From contig CABYND010000009.1 of the NCBI GenBank assembly GCA_902520195.1, positions 24,794-88,793 on the forward strand: a stretch of 64,000 nt of DNA, written 5' to 3'. This stretch comes from Halieaceae bacterium (lineage in GTDB: Bacteria; Pseudomonadota; Gammaproteobacteria; Pseudomonadales; Halieaceae). Under the pieces are notes generated by a model. The model saw nothing but the letters and a program-made list of their open reading frames with translations. It was not told the DNA's origin and did no database searches. This document shows positions 25,659 through 38,980 of this stretch, one piece after another (within the stretch, counting starts at the first letter, position 1; every line of letters begins with the position of its first letter). The position numbers and the translations under genes were made by a program.

Positions 25659-27035
25659 GTGTCATCCAACAGTCTCGCGCTTGATCAGGACACCATAGCC
25701 GCCATTGCGACACCTCCCGGGCGCGGTGGCGTCAGCATTATTCGTGTGTCCGGGCCAAAAGCACTTCCCATTGCCGAGCTTCTGACACATAAAACCGTAC
25801 ACGCCAGACAGCCTCTCCTCACCCGTTTTTTCGCCGAGGACAATAGCGTTCTCGATACAGGTCTAACGCTTTTTTTTCAAAGCCCGGCCTCATTCACCGG
25901 AGAAGATGTTGTCGAGTTCCATTGCCACGGCGGCGTGATGGTGACCAACCTGCTACTCGAAGCCTGTCTGGCTCGGGGCGCGCGGTTAGCGAGACCAGGA
26001 GAATTCTCTGAGCGGGCCTTTCTCAATAACAAAATGGACCTCACTCAGGCTGAAGGCCTCGCCGACTTAATCGATGCGCCGACGCAACAAGCGGCCCGGC
26101 AAGCCACCGCTTCCTTACAGGGGGCATTCTCAGAAGCCGTTAATCAGATCAATCAGCGCGTCATTGACCTCAGGATCTATGTCGAGGCTGCTATCGACTT
26201 TCCCGAGGAAGAAGTCGACTTTCTCAATGAAGGACGGATCGCCAGTTCACTGCTCGAATTAAAGGAAGCGTTAGCGACATTAACCACCCAGGCCAGGAGG
26301 GGGGCGCTGTTGAGTCGCGGCGCACAAATTGTGATGACCGGTGCGCCCAACGCGGGCAAAAGTAGCCTGATGAATCGGTTAGCCGATCAGGCTGTGGCTA
26401 TCGTAACCGACGTTCCGGGGACCACACGCGATGTCATCAGACAATCGATTGCTATCGAGGGCGTGGCGATCCAACTGTGCGATACGGCAGGTATCCGCGC
26501 CGCTACCGATGCCATAGAGCAAAAGGGGATCGAAAGGGCGCAGGCAGCGCTCGACACCGCCGATATCATTATCGAAGTAATGGACGATCGAGAGCCCAAG
26601 CACAGCGAACTCTCTCCCAGCGACACGGCACAATCCGTCATCCGCGTGCTGAACAAAATAGATTTATCTGGTCGTCCACCGGGGGTGTTGAACGCAGCAG
26701 ACCAAGAAGACGAATCACACTCACCGACCGTTGCAGTTTCGGCTGTGACTGGCGCAGGCATTCACGACCTCGAACAACTGATCATTCGCTGTCTTGGTAT
26801 GGGCGAGGCTGAAACCACCTCACCCTTTAGCGCCAGAGAGCGTCACGTCACCTGTTTGAACAGAGCTGAAGCCGCGCTGGATGAGGCTAGCGAACGGTTT
26901 CAGGAGAGTCTGGCTGGCGAACTACTGGCAGAAGACCTCAGGCGCGTCCACACAGAGCTCGGCGCCGTCACCGGCGCTTTTGGTGCAGATGAGCTGCTAG
27001 GAGAGATTTTTTCCTCCTTTTGTATCGGCAAGTGA
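25659..27035 (+). CDS. mnmE: tRNA modification GTPase MnmE
   Basis: GAPNAGKSS, GTTRD, DTAG and NKID motifs, with C-terminal FCIGK. Confidence 0.97.
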   Translation: MSSNSLALDQDTIAAIATPPGRGGVSIIRVSGPKALPIAELLTHKTVHARQPLLTRFFAEDNSVLDTGLTLFFQSPASFTGEDVVEFHCHGGVMVTNLLLEACLARGARLARPGEFSERAFLNNKMDLTQAEGLADLIDAPTQQAARQATASLQGAFSEAVNQINQRVIDLRIYVEAAIDFPEEEVDFLNEGRIASSLLELKEALATLTTQARRGALLSRGAQIVMTGAPNAGKSSLMNRLADQAVAIVTDVPGTTRDVIRQSIAIEGVAIQLCDTAGIRAATDAIEQKGIERAQAALDTADIIIEVMDDREPKHSELSPSDTAQSVIRVLNKIDLSGRPPGVLNAADQEDESHSPTVAVSAVTGAGIHDLEQLIIRCLGMGEAETTSPFSARERHVTCLNRAEAALDEASERFQESLAGELLAEDLRRVHTELGAVTGAFGADELLGEIFSSFCIGK

Positions 27036-27571
27036 GGCGGTCTTCGCACGCAACGCATTTTGCCCCACAAGGCCCAGCCATAAACGAAGCCACCATTGCT
27101 TAAACGTTAACCGTCCAATAGCGGTCCACGATTCATCCACAACTTTTCTCAACAAAGATCCATCGTGCGTCACACCGCGTCTCTGCTGTGGATGATCTTG
27201 TAGATAGCAGCAGGGGCAATGTGAGAATAGCGCTGTGAAGATCATTCTGCGCTACGTTAAAGGGAACCGATCCCCATATTATCACCAGCGAGGCCAGTGT
27301 CTCCGGCTGGCTTCTTCAACGCATTATCCAAGCCTTAAGCGGCTGAAAAATAGGTTCTTTTTGTGTTTTTCCACCCGTAAAGCTGTCCCTAATAACAATA
27401 ACATTAAAGTATTCTTCTTATTTCAACCTTTTATTTAATTGATAATATAGGAAAGGCAAAGCACGGTTTATTGATCAGGAAAGCACCTGGTCAGAATCAC
27501 CAAAAGCCGGAGTTCATGCTTGAAGGCGACCCGTTTATACTCTCGGCCCTTTGCTCTTAAGTTCCACAAGA
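27036..27571. other. Probable replication origin oriC
   Basis: Non-coding gap between mnmE and mnmG. Box-like 9-mers occur at 27133 (TCATCCACA), 27187 (TGTGGATGA), 27324 (TTATCCAAG) and 27367 (TTTTCCACC). They are followed by a trio-like TAATAACAATAACATTAA (27390-27407) and an AT-rich tract to about 27450. Confidence 0.75.
27513..27541 (+). promoter_or_regulatory. Putative sigma70 promoter of mnmG
   Basis: TTCATG-N17-TATACT, 30 nt upstream of the mnmG ATG. Confidence 0.4.
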
Positions 27572-29476
27572 ATGATCCGACACCCCGAGCATTACGATGT
27601 CATTGTGATTGGCGGCGGCCACGCCGGGACCGAAGCGACGCTTGCTGCGGCGCGCACCGGTGCTCGCACGCTCTTGATCACTCATGCCATCGACACTCTC
27701 GGTCAGATGTCTTGCAACCCCGCGATCGGCGGTATCGGCAAAAGTCACCTGGTCCGGGAGATTGATGCGCTGGGTGGCGTGATGGCTCGTGCGACAGATC
27801 AAGCGGGCATACAGTTCAGGGTGCTGAATGCCCGGAAGGGGTCAGCAGTCCGGGCCACGCGCGTGCAAGCTGATCGGGTGTTGTACCGTCAGGCAATTCG
27901 CTCAGTGCTGGAGCAGACCGATGGCGTCGATCTGTTTCAGGACTCGGTGGAGGATATTGAACTGACGGCTGGCGTCGTTTCGGGTGTGGTGACTCGCACT
28001 GGCATTGCCTTTCGCGCTAAAGCGGTAGTGCTGACAGCGGGCACATTCCTTCACGGGAAGTTGCACGTAGGTGAGGAAAATCGCTCAGGTGGGCGTATGG
28101 GGGACCAGGCAGCCATTGGATTGGCAGATCGCCTCCGCGAGCTGTGCCCTCGGGTGGGGCGACTGAAAACCGGAACGCCGCCCCGATTAGATGCCAGGTC
28201 GGTGGATACCGCCGCGATGGCGGAACAATGGGGGGACGAACCAAGGCCCGTTATGTCGTTGCTGGGCAGCCGGGACCAGCATCCGGAGCAGCGGTGTTGC
28301 TGGGTCACGGAGACCAATACCCAAACTCACGACATCATCCGTGAGGGCCTTGATCGCTCGCCGCTTTTTAGCGGGACGATTGAAGGCGTTGGCCCCCGAT
28401 ACTGTCCGAGCATTGAAGATAAAATTCACCGCTTCGCCGATAAAGATTCGCATCAAATTTTTATTGAGCCTGAGGGACTGACATCCATAGAGCTTTACCC
28501 TAACGGCATATCGACGTCTTTACCTTTCGATACGCAATTGCAGTTGGTTCGCTCGATCCGGGGTTTGGAAAAGGCGGCGATCACGCGACCGGGTTACGCC
28601 ATCGAGTATGACTTCTTTGATCCTCGTGACCTGCATCACAGCCTTGAGACCAAGGGGATAGCGGGGCTTTATTTTGCAGGCCAAATTAATGGCACTACCG
28701 GTTACGAAGAGGCGGCGGCGCAAGGGTTGCTGGCCGGCCTCAATGCCGCGCGACGAGTGAAGGAATTGGCACCCTGGGTGCCGCGTCGGAACGAGGCTTA
28801 TATCGGTGTGTTAGTCGATGACTTGGTGACGCTGGGTACGACAGAGCCTTACCGCATGTTCACCTCTCGCGCCGAATATCGCCTGCAGCTCCGGGAAGAC
28901 AATGCTGATCTGAGGTTGACTGAACAAGGTCGTTCCCTCCAGTTGGTGGGTGACGCCCAGTGGTCCCATTTTGTTGACAAGCGCGAAGCCATTACGCGAG
29001 AGCGTGACCGATTGGAGCGCACCTACGTTCAAGCCGGTAGCGACGAGGCAGCAGTCCTCTCAACCTCGTTGAGCAAACCCTTGTCCAGAGAGTACTCCTT
29101 GGCAGAGTTACTCAAACGTCCCGAGTTGAATTATGCGGATATGAGAGCAATCTCTCCCCCAGCGAGTGATGTATCGGAGGCTGTGGCAGAGCAAGTCACT
29201 ATTCAACTTAAATATTCAGGTTATATCGATCGCCAGCAGCAGGATGTCGATCGTTTACAGCGGCACGAATCCATGCTTATTCCGGGTGACCTGGATTTTC
29301 ATCAGGTCGAGGGTCTGTCCAATGAAATCCGTCAGAAGTTGAATGAGATGAGGCCAACGAATCTCGCAAGGGCTGGACGTATACCGGGTGTGACGCCAGC
29401 AGCGTTGTCACTGCTTCTGGTACATCTCAAAAAGCGGGAACTTAGCGACAGCGTGCGCGCCGCGGCGCATGCCTGA
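27572..29476 (+). CDS. mnmG: tRNA uridine-5-carboxymethylaminomethyl modification enzyme (GidA)
   Basis: [28 protein letters not shown] and [17 protein letters not shown] motifs. Confidence 0.98.
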   Translation: MIRHPEHYDVIVIGGGHAGTEATLAAARTGARTLLITHAIDTLGQMSCNPAIGGIGKSHLVREIDALGGVMARATDQAGIQFRVLNARKGSAVRATRVQADRVLYRQAIRSVLEQTDGVDLFQDSVEDIELTAGVVSGVVTRTGIAFRAKAVVLTAGTFLHGKLHVGEENRSGGRMGDQAAIGLADRLRELCPRVGRLKTGTPPRLDARSVDTAAMAEQWGDEPRPVMSLLGSRDQHPEQRCCWVTETNTQTHDIIREGLDRSPLFSGTIEGVGPRYCPSIEDKIHRFADKDSHQIFIEPEGLTSIELYPNGISTSLPFDTQLQLVRSIRGLEKAAITRPGYAIEYDFFDPRDLHHSLETKGIAGLYFAGQINGTTGYEEAAAQGLLAGLNAARRVKELAPWVPRRNEAYIGVLVDDLVTLGTTEPYRMFTSRAEYRLQLREDNADLRLTEQGRSLQLVGDAQWSHFVDKREAITRERDRLERTYVQAGSDEAAVLSTSLSKPLSREYSLAELLKRPELNYADMRAISPPASDVSEAVAEQVTIQLKYSGYIDRQQQDVDRLQRHESMLIPGDLDFHQVEGLSNEIRQKLNEMRPTNLARAGRIPGVTPAALSLLLVHLKKRELSDSVRAAAHA

Positions 29477-30104
29477 AAACGAGCCGGCCCTGCTGCATAA
29501 CGCGGCCGAAGAGATCGGCATAAGCCTTTCTGATACGCAGGCCAACCAGCTGATTGGCTATGTCGATCTGATGGAGAAATGGAACCGCGCCTTTAATCTC
29601 ACAGCATTGCGTCATCGCAGTGAGCTATTTTCTCGCCATGTTTTTGAAAGCCTGGCGGTGAAACCTTATATCCACGGAGAACAGTGGGCCGACATCGGCA
29701 CTGGCGCGGGACTACCTGGCGTGCCGCTAGCGATTACCGAGCCGGACAAGCCGTTTGTGTTACTGGATAGTAATGGCAAGAAAACTCGCTTCCTGTCGGA
29801 GGTGAAAAGGGCGCTGGGTTTATCTAACATCGAGGTTGAGACAATCCGAGTCGAGAATTGGCGACCCGCTCTGCACCCTGACGCCGTCATTACAAGAGCC
29901 TTTGCCGATTTGGCCACCACCGTAGGAAGAACTCAGCATATATTGCACGATCACGGCATGTTGTTTGCCATGAAGACAGAGTCAGCGGCTGAGGAGGTTG
30001 ACGCTTTGCCGTCTAGCTTTGAGCTGATCTCAAACCAAAGCGTGGTAGTCCCCGGGCGAGATTGGCCGTTCCAACTGCTGGCAATTCAGCGGACCAGAAG
30101 GTGA
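29469..30104 (+). CDS. rsmG: 16S rRNA m7G527 methyltransferase (GidB)
   Basis: [18 protein letters not shown] and TRAF motifs. Confidence 0.95.
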   Translation: MPENEPALLHNAAEEIGISLSDTQANQLIGYVDLMEKWNRAFNLTALRHRSELFSRHVFESLAVKPYIHGEQWADIGTGAGLPGVPLAITEPDKPFVLLDSNGKKTRFLSEVKRALGLSNIEVETIRVENWRPALHPDAVITRAFADLATTVGRTQHILHDHGMLFAMKTESAAEEVDALPSSFELISNQSVVVPGRDWPFQLLAIQRTRR

Positions 30105-30108
30105 AGTC

Positions 30109-30888
30109 GTGAAGGTCATCGCAATAGCGAATCAAAAAGGTGGCGTGGGTAAAACCACGACCGCCGTCAACCTTTCCGCAGCGCTCGCTGCGATGGGGAG
30201 CCGCGTGCTGCTGATTGACTTGGACCCGCAAGGGAATGCCACTGTCTCGGTGGGCCTGCACAAAGGGGATCTGGCCGCCACGGCCTTTGAGCTCCTTGTG
30301 GAGCAGCAACCACTCTCTGAGGTGGCAACACCGCTTGAGAGTCTGGTGATGGATTGCGTGCCAGCGGATGGTGATCTGACGGCCGCGGAAGTGGCGCTGT
30401 TGTCCGTTGAAGGTCGTGAGCAGCGGCTGAAGACGGCACTGCAGGCAGGCAAAAATTTGTATGACTTTGTGATTATCGACTGCCCGCCGTCACTCAGTAT
30501 GCTGACACTGAACGCGCTCGTGGCAGCGGACTCCGTGCTGATTACCATGCAGTGCGAATACTTTGCGCTGGAAGGGCTATCCGCTTTGATGGAGACGATT
30601 AATACCGTTTCCCAGACGGTCAACCCGACGCTCAAGATAGAGGGCATTCTGCGCACCCTATATGATCCGCGGAATGCGCTGACCAATGAAGTCTCCGAGC
30701 AGCTTCATCAGCATTTTGAGGGCCTGGTTTATCGGACGGTGATCCCGAGAAATGTCCGCCTTGCGGAAGCCCCAAGCCACGGCGTCCCCGGCATTGTCTA
30801 TGATCGCCTCTCTCGCGGATCAACCGCGTATATGGCATTGGCGGGCGAATTTATGCGCAGACAAGAACAAAACAAGGAACATAGCTGA
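30109..30888 (+). CDS. parA: Chromosome partitioning ATPase ParA/Soj
   Basis: NQKGGVGKTT, DLDPQGNA, IDCPPSL and IPRNVRLAEAPSHG motifs. Confidence 0.96.
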   Translation: MKVIAIANQKGGVGKTTTAVNLSAALAAMGSRVLLIDLDPQGNATVSVGLHKGDLAATAFELLVEQQPLSEVATPLESLVMDCVPADGDLTAAEVALLSVEGREQRLKTALQAGKNLYDFVIIDCPPSLSMLTLNALVAADSVLITMQCEYFALEGLSALMETINTVSQTVNPTLKIEGILRTLYDPRNALTNEVSEQLHQHFEGLVYRTVIPRNVRLAEAPSHGVPGIVYDRLSRGSTAYMALAGEFMRRQEQNKEHS

Positions 30889-31772
30889 TGGCGCAAAAGC
30901 GAAAGCTGAATCGAGGCCTCGAGGCGCTGCTGGGCACCGGTTTGCTGGCAAAAGGCCAAGACGGGACCCAGGCCGCGCAAACGCCGGCTGCTGAGCAAGG
31001 CGCTCTGACACCTGTGGCGGAGCTGCCGATTGAGCGGTTGCAAAGAGGAGCCTACCAACCCCGCCGCGAGTTCGATAAGGAGGCGCTGAAAACACTGGCC
31101 AGTAGCATCAAGGCACAGGGGGTCCTGCAACCGGTAGTGGTGAGGTCGCTGGCCAACGACCGTTACGAAATCCTCTCAGGCGAACGCCGCTGGCGCGCCG
31201 CCCAGATGGCGGGGCTAGACCGCGTCCCAGTTATGATTAAGGAGGTGTCAGATGAGGCGGCGATCGCCATCGGCTTGATTGAAAACATCCAGCGCGAGGA
31301 CCTTAACCCGGTTGAAGAGGGCTTGGGCCTGAAGCGGCTTCAGGACGAGTTCGGCTTGAGTCAGGAGCAAGTTGCGGAGGCGGTGGGCCGGTCCCGCTCT
31401 GCAGTAGCTAATATGCTGCGGCTATTGAGCCTGGAAAGTGAGGTGCTGGGCATGCTGGAGCGGAGCGAACTGGATGCCGGCCACGCCAAGGTTTTACTCG
31501 CTTTAAGTGGTGGCGATCAGGTCCGTGCTGCGCGCAATGTCTGTAAACGGCAGCTTTCGGTGAGGCAAACAGAAGCTTTAGTGCGCGGCTGGGGGGCAAA
31601 AGCCACGCCCGAGTCGCCAGTTGACCCCAATATCAGCCGGCTGGAGAAAGACCTGAGTGGCCGGCTTGGCGCCAAAGTCAGAATCCAGCACCAGCAAAAT
31701 GGCAAGGGCCGTCTCGAGATTCATTACACGAGCCTCGAGGAACTGGACGGTGTCCTCGGCAAAATCCACTAA
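30888..31772 (+). CDS. parB: Chromosome partitioning protein ParB
   Basis: YQPR, GERRWRAA, IENIQREDL and an HTH (SRSAVAN). Confidence 0.96.
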   Translation: MAQKRKLNRGLEALLGTGLLAKGQDGTQAAQTPAAEQGALTPVAELPIERLQRGAYQPRREFDKEALKTLASSIKAQGVLQPVVVRSLANDRYEILSGERRWRAAQMAGLDRVPVMIKEVSDEAAIAIGLIENIQREDLNPVEEGLGLKRLQDEFGLSQEQVAEAVGRSRSAVANMLRLLSLESEVLGMLERSELDAGHAKVLLALSGGDQVRAARNVCKRQLSVRQTEALVRGWGAKATPESPVDPNISRLEKDLSGRLGAKVRIQHQQNGKGRLEIHYTSLEELDGVLGKIH

Positions 31773-31843
31773 TTCCCATGTATTGAAGGGTTTAGGCCTT
31801 TCCACTACACTCCCCACCGCATGTAAGGGGGGCTGGGTTTACC

Positions 31844-32251
31844 TTGGCCAAACACGTTTCTTCCGCACCCTTCGCGACCACCAGAAAGCGCCTTTTGAGC
31901 GCGGTGGTCACTACAGCGATAATCCTGGTCGGAGTGGCGTTGGTCGCCGGTGTTTTCCGGGGCTTTAATTTGTCTCTAGACATGTTGTTGGGTGCAGCCG
32001 TGGTGTTGTTGCCCAGCGCTTGGGTGGCGACGAGCCTCACCTCGGGACGATCAATGATCAGCCCGATATGGCTGGGCCTCGCCCGCTACAGCCTGGCGGC
32101 GGCAGGGTTTGCCGTGCTATTTATGCTGTGGCCCGACAGTGAGCCCCTGAGCGTATTGGCTGGCAGCGCGTTGGCGCTGGTTTTGCCCCCGGCAGTAGTG
32201 GCGTGGCATCAGCGAAGGCATAACACGATGCACCCACAGAGAGGTGCATAG
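31844..32251 (+). CDS. atpI: ATP synthase accessory protein I (divergent)
   Basis: Four hydrophobic segments, located between parB and atpB. Assigned mainly by position. Confidence 0.65.
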   Translation: MAKHVSSAPFATTRKRLLSAVVTTAIILVGVALVAGVFRGFNLSLDMLLGAAVVLLPSAWVATSLTSGRSMISPIWLGLARYSLAAAGFAVLFMLWPDSEPLSVLAGSALALVLPPAVVAWHQRRHNTMHPQRGA

Positions 32252-33178
<927 letters not shown>

Positions 33179-33202
33179 TTTTTAGCTAACAGTTACCTTT
33201 AG

Positions 33203-33439
<237 letters not shown>

Positions 33440-33496
33440 AAGCCACATTGACAGCGAAGGTGGGCGTGCCCATCCCTCGCACCACAGGAGTAACGA

Positions 33497-33967
33497 GTGA
33501 ATATTAATCTCACCTTGATAGGACAGCTGATTGCCTTTGTGGCATTCGTGGCGTTCTGTATGCGTTACGTGTGGCCCCCGATAGCCGGTGCCATGGCTGA
33601 GCGGCAAAACAAGATCGCGGCCGGCCTCGCCGCCGCCGATCGTGCCGGGCATGACCTGGAGGTCGCGAAGCAGCAGGCGGACGAGCAGCTGGCTGAGGCC
33701 AAACGTGAGGCAGCTGGCATCATTGAGGCCGCGAACAAGCGCGCTCAAGCGGTGGTTGAAGAAGCCAAAGATGCTGCCAGCGCCGAGGCGGATCGGGTCA
33801 AAGCGGCCGCCGCCGCCGAGATCGAGCAGGAGCGGGCCCGCGCGCAAGAAAAGCTGATGACACAAGTCAGCGCGTTGGCGCTGGCTGGGGCGGAAAAGAT
33901 CCTTGCCGCAGAGATCGACGCCGATAAGCACGCAGATCTACTCAAGTCGCTGGCGGCAGAGTCCTGA
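33497..33967 (+). CDS. atpF: F0F1 ATP synthase subunit b
   Basis: [10 protein letters not shown]...YVWPP followed by a coiled coil. Confidence 0.97.
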   Translation: MNINLTLIGQLIAFVAFVAFCMRYVWPPIAGAMAERQNKIAAGLAAADRAGHDLEVAKQQADEQLAEAKREAAGIIEAANKRAQAVVEEAKDAASAEADRVKAAAAAEIEQERARAQEKLMTQVSALALAGAEKILAAEIDADKHADLLKSLAAES

Positions 33968-33970
33968 TCG

Positions 33971-34507
33971 ATGATTGAACCGACGACCCTTGCCAGGCCT
34001 TACGCGCGCGCAGCCTTTGAGCATGCTCGAGCGGCCGGTGATTTGGCGGTCTGGCAAACGGCGTTGTCGGAGTTGGCGGCGATCACCACCGAGCCAAAAG
34101 TCGCAGCCGCCATGCGCGACCCCAATCAAACTGCCGCGCAGCGCGCAGCAACGCTCTCTGGTCTGGCGGGGGATGCTGTACCACTACCGGTGGCAAACCT
34201 GCTGGCCATCATGGCTGACAACGGCCGCCTCTCACTGCTGCCCGAGGTGGCAATGCTGTTTGACCAGCTCAAGCAAGCGGTGGAGAGCACCGTGGCGGTC
34301 CATGTGACCTCCGCATACCCCCTAAGTGATGCCGAAACACAGCAACTTGCCGACATGATGCAGAAAAAGTTGGTGCGCAGCATCACCCTGACATCAGAAA
34401 CCGACCCCTCATTACTTGGAGGGGCGCTCATTCGCGCCGACGATCTGGTGATCGACGGCTCAGTTCGCGGCCGCCTGAATAAATTGTCGGGCACGCTGAC
34501 CCAATGA
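33971..34507 (+). CDS. atpH: F0F1 ATP synthase subunit delta
   Basis: TLARPYARAAF and DLVIDGSVRGRL motifs. Confidence 0.97.
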   Translation: MIEPTTLARPYARAAFEHARAAGDLAVWQTALSELAAITTEPKVAAAMRDPNQTAAQRAATLSGLAGDAVPLPVANLLAIMADNGRLSLLPEVAMLFDQLKQAVESTVAVHVTSAYPLSDAETQQLADMMQKKLVRSITLTSETDPSLLGGALIRADDLVIDGSVRGRLNKLSGTLTQ

Positions 34508-34521
34508 CAGAGGAATAGGTC

Positions 34522-36066
34522 ATGCAACAGCTCAACCCCTCGGAAATTAGCGACTTGATCAAGCAGCGTATCGACCAGCTTGAAGTCACTTCGCAGGCCA
34601 CCAATGAGGGCACTATCGTTTCGGTGACGGACGGCATTATCCGCATACACGGCCTGACAGAGGTCCAGTACGGCGAGATGATCGAGTTCGATGGCGGTGT
34701 ATACGGCTTGGCCTTGAACCTCGAGCGTGACTCGGTGGGCGCGGTGGTATTGGGCGACTACAAGCAGCTGGCCGAGGGCCAGACCTGTCGTTGCACGGGG
34801 CGGATTCTCGAAGTGCCGGTCGGTCCTGCGCTGCAGGGCCGCGTCGTGGACTCTCTAGGCAACCCGATTGATGGCAAGGGTGCCATCGAGACGACTGAGA
34901 CAGACGCTATCGAAAAGATTGCGCCGGGCGTGATCGCCAGGCAGTCGGTTGACCAGCCGGTGCAGATCGGCTTGAAAGCGATCGACGCCATGGTGCCGAT
35001 TGGTCGTGGTCAGCGTGAGCTGATTATTGGCGACCGCCAGGTGGGCAAGACTGCTATCGCAGTCGACGCGATCATCAACCAAAAAGGTACCGGCATTAAG
35101 TGTATCTATGTGGCGGTTGGCCAGAAGGCCTCATCCGTTGCATCAGTGGTCCGCAAGCTTGACGAGCACGGCGCGATGGAGCACACGATCGTGGTGGCCG
35201 CCAACGCTTCCGATCCGGCGGCGATGCAATACCTCGCACCGTTTGCGGGTTGCACCATGGGGGAGTACTACCGCGACCGCGGTGAGGACGCGCTGATCAT
35301 TTATGACGATCTGTCCAAGCAGGCGGTCGCCTATCGTCAGATCTCGCTGCTGCTGCGACGACCCCCGGGCCGAGAGGCGTACCCGGGAGACGTCTTCTAT
35401 TTGCATTCGCGTTTGCTTGAGCGTGCAGCGAGAGTGAACGCTGACTACGTAGAGCAGTTTACCGGCGGCGAGGTGAAAGGCCAGACAGGCTCGCTCACCG
35501 CTCTGCCCGTAATCGAAACCCAGGCGGGAGACGTCTCGGCGTTTGTACCGACCAACGTGATCTCGATTACCGACGGCCAGATCTTCCTTGAAGCGGATAT
35601 GTTTAACGCCGGCGTCCGTCCAGCCATGAACGCGGGTATTTCGGTGTCTCGTGTGGGTGGTGCTGCGCAGACCAAGATTGTGAAGAAGCTGTCAGGCGGT
35701 ATTCGAACGGCGCTGGCACAATACCGTGAGCTGGCTGCGTTCTCGCAGTTTGCGTCGGATCTCGATGACGCCACCAAGGCGCAGCTGGAACACGGCGAGC
35801 GCATTACTGAGCTGATGAAGCAAAAGCAGTATGCACCCCTTTCAATTGCTGGGATGGGCGTGCTGCTGTACGCGGGTAACGAGGGTTATTTGCAGAATGT
35901 CGAGGTGGCCAAGATCGGTGACTTCGAGTCGGCTCTGCTGGGTTACATGCGATCCGAGTGCGCTGATGTGATGCAGGCGATAGAGGCTGACGGTGGTTGG
36001 GATGACGACCGCGAGGCGGCCTTCAAGTCGGCGATTGAAACCTTCAAGTCGACGCAAACCTGGTAA
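34522..36066 (+). CDS. atpA: F0F1 ATP synthase subunit alpha
   Basis: GDRQVGKT and [22 protein letters not shown] motifs. Confidence 0.98.
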   Translation: MQQLNPSEISDLIKQRIDQLEVTSQATNEGTIVSVTDGIIRIHGLTEVQYGEMIEFDGGVYGLALNLERDSVGAVVLGDYKQLAEGQTCRCTGRILEVPVGPALQGRVVDSLGNPIDGKGAIETTETDAIEKIAPGVIARQSVDQPVQIGLKAIDAMVPIGRGQRELIIGDRQVGKTAIAVDAIINQKGTGIKCIYVAVGQKASSVASVVRKLDEHGAMEHTIVVAANASDPAAMQYLAPFAGCTMGEYYRDRGEDALIIYDDLSKQAVAYRQISLLLRRPPGREAYPGDVFYLHSRLLERAARVNADYVEQFTGGEVKGQTGSLTALPVIETQAGDVSAFVPTNVISITDGQIFLEADMFNAGVRPAMNAGISVSRVGGAAQTKIVKKLSGGIRTALAQYRELAAFSQFASDLDDATKAQLEHGERITELMKQKQYAPLSIAGMGVLLYAGNEGYLQNVEVAKIGDFESALLGYMRSECADVMQAIEADGGWDDDREAAFKSAIETFKSTQTW

Positions 36067-36072
36067 CCACGC

Positions 36073-36936
36073 ATGGCTGTCGGTAAGGAAATCCGCACCA
36101 AGATCTCGAGTATTCAAAGTACTCAAAAGATCACCAGCGCGATGGAAATGGTAGCGGCGAGTAAAATGCGCCGCGCCCAGGACCGCATGGAGCTGGGCAA
36201 GCCTTATGCGCAGCGCATGCGCTCCGTGGTGGGCCACATTGCGAACTCTACACCCGAATATCGCCATGCTTACATGCAAGAGCGCGAGGTGAAGCGGGCG
36301 GGTTACATCATTGTCTCGACAGATCGCGGCTTGTGCGGTGGCTTGAACATCAATCTGTTTAAGGCAGCCATTCAGTCCATGAAGGCGATGCAGGACGAAG
36401 GCGTTGAAGTCGAGCTTTGCCTTGTTGGTGCCAAGTCAGCAGGGTTCTTTGCCAGCGTCGGCGGTAATGTCACCGCGTCAGTGAGAGACCTTGGTGAGGA
36501 GCCTTCGCTGGAGGATCTGATTGGTGGCGTGAAAACCATACTGAATGCCTATACCGAAGGTCGCATTGACGCGCTGTACCTCGCCAGCAACGAATTTGTT
36601 AACACCATGACTCAGGCGCCCCAGGTAGAGCAGCTATTGCCCCTGAAGGCAGAGGAAAACGAAACGCTGTCTCACCATTGGGATTACGTGTATGAGCCCG
36701 ATGCGAGAGAGCTGTTAGATGCCTTGATGGTGCGTTATATCGAGTCGCAGGTGTATCAGGCAGTGGTCGAGAACGGCGCCTGTGAGCAAGCGGCGCGAAT
36801 GATCGCGATGAAAAACGCCACGGACAACGCGGGCGAGCTGATCGAAGAACTTCAGCTTGTCTACAACAAAGCCCGCCAGGCTGCGATTACGCAGGAGCTG
36901 GCAGAGATTGTGGGGGGTGCCGCAGCCATCGGTTGA
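36073..36936 (+). CDS. atpG: F0F1 ATP synthase subunit gamma
   Basis: [20 protein letters not shown] and RQAAITQEL motifs. Confidence 0.98.
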   Translation: MAVGKEIRTKISSIQSTQKITSAMEMVAASKMRRAQDRMELGKPYAQRMRSVVGHIANSTPEYRHAYMQEREVKRAGYIIVSTDRGLCGGLNINLFKAAIQSMKAMQDEGVEVELCLVGAKSAGFFASVGGNVTASVRDLGEEPSLEDLIGGVKTILNAYTEGRIDALYLASNEFVNTMTQAPQVEQLLPLKAEENETLSHHWDYVYEPDARELLDALMVRYIESQVYQAVVENGACEQAARMIAMKNATDNAGELIEELQLVYNKARQAAITQELAEIVGGAAAIG

Positions 36937-36993
36937 TAAGGCGCTTCCCTGGAATGAAAGCTCGCAGCGGAAAGACCGCTGCACAGAATGTGA

Positions 36994-38406
<1,413 letters not shown>

Positions 38407-38426
38407 AGCAGGCAGGGGATTGAGTC

Positions 38427-38855
38427 ATGGCGACGACCTTACAGTGTGACATTGTCAGCGCAGAGGCCCAGATCTACTCGGGTGCGGTTGAGCTGTTGGT
38501 GGCCACCGGCGTTGAGGGAGAGCTTGGCGTGTGTTTTGGGCACGCTGCGCTGCTGACTCGCCTGATCCCCGGGCCTATCCGCGTTGTTGAGCACGGCGGA
38601 GAAGAACAGGTTTATTACGCCTCCGGTGGCTTTCTCGAGGTGCAGGGAGACGTCGTGACGGTGTTAGCCGATACTGCGGTGCGTGCAGATGACATCGACG
38701 AGGCCGCGGCCGAGACCGCGCGGAAGGATGCCGAGGACGCGCTAGAGAACCAACAGGGCGAGATCGACTACGGTCGTGCCTCCGCCCAGCTTGTAGAGGC
38801 TACCGCGCAGCTCGCCACTTTGCGCAAGCTCAAAAACCGCGCCGGCCGCGCTTAA
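38427..38855 (+). CDS. atpC: F0F1 ATP synthase subunit epsilon
   Basis: GELGV..GHA, SGGFLEVQ and VTVLAD motifs. Confidence 0.96.
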   Translation: MATTLQCDIVSAEAQIYSGAVELLVATGVEGELGVCFGHAALLTRLIPGPIRVVEHGGEEQVYYASGGFLEVQGDVVTVLADTAVRADDIDEAAAETARKDAEDALENQQGEIDYGRASAQLVEATAQLATLRKLKNRAGRA

Positions 38856-38980
38856 GCACACCACACCGCCCCAAAACCCGCTTTTTTTGGTGTTTGTTTG
38901 CGCATCTTCCCGTCTGCGCTTGCAAACCCCCCGTGGTTGTCAATGATGAGCCTTCCCTCGCCGCCTGAGCGGACACCTGC

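Noticed and set aside
27235-27438. 67-aa ORF in the mnmE-mnmG gap
   Set aside because: It runs through the DnaA boxes and AT-rich element, has no RBS or motif, and is better explained as origin DNA.
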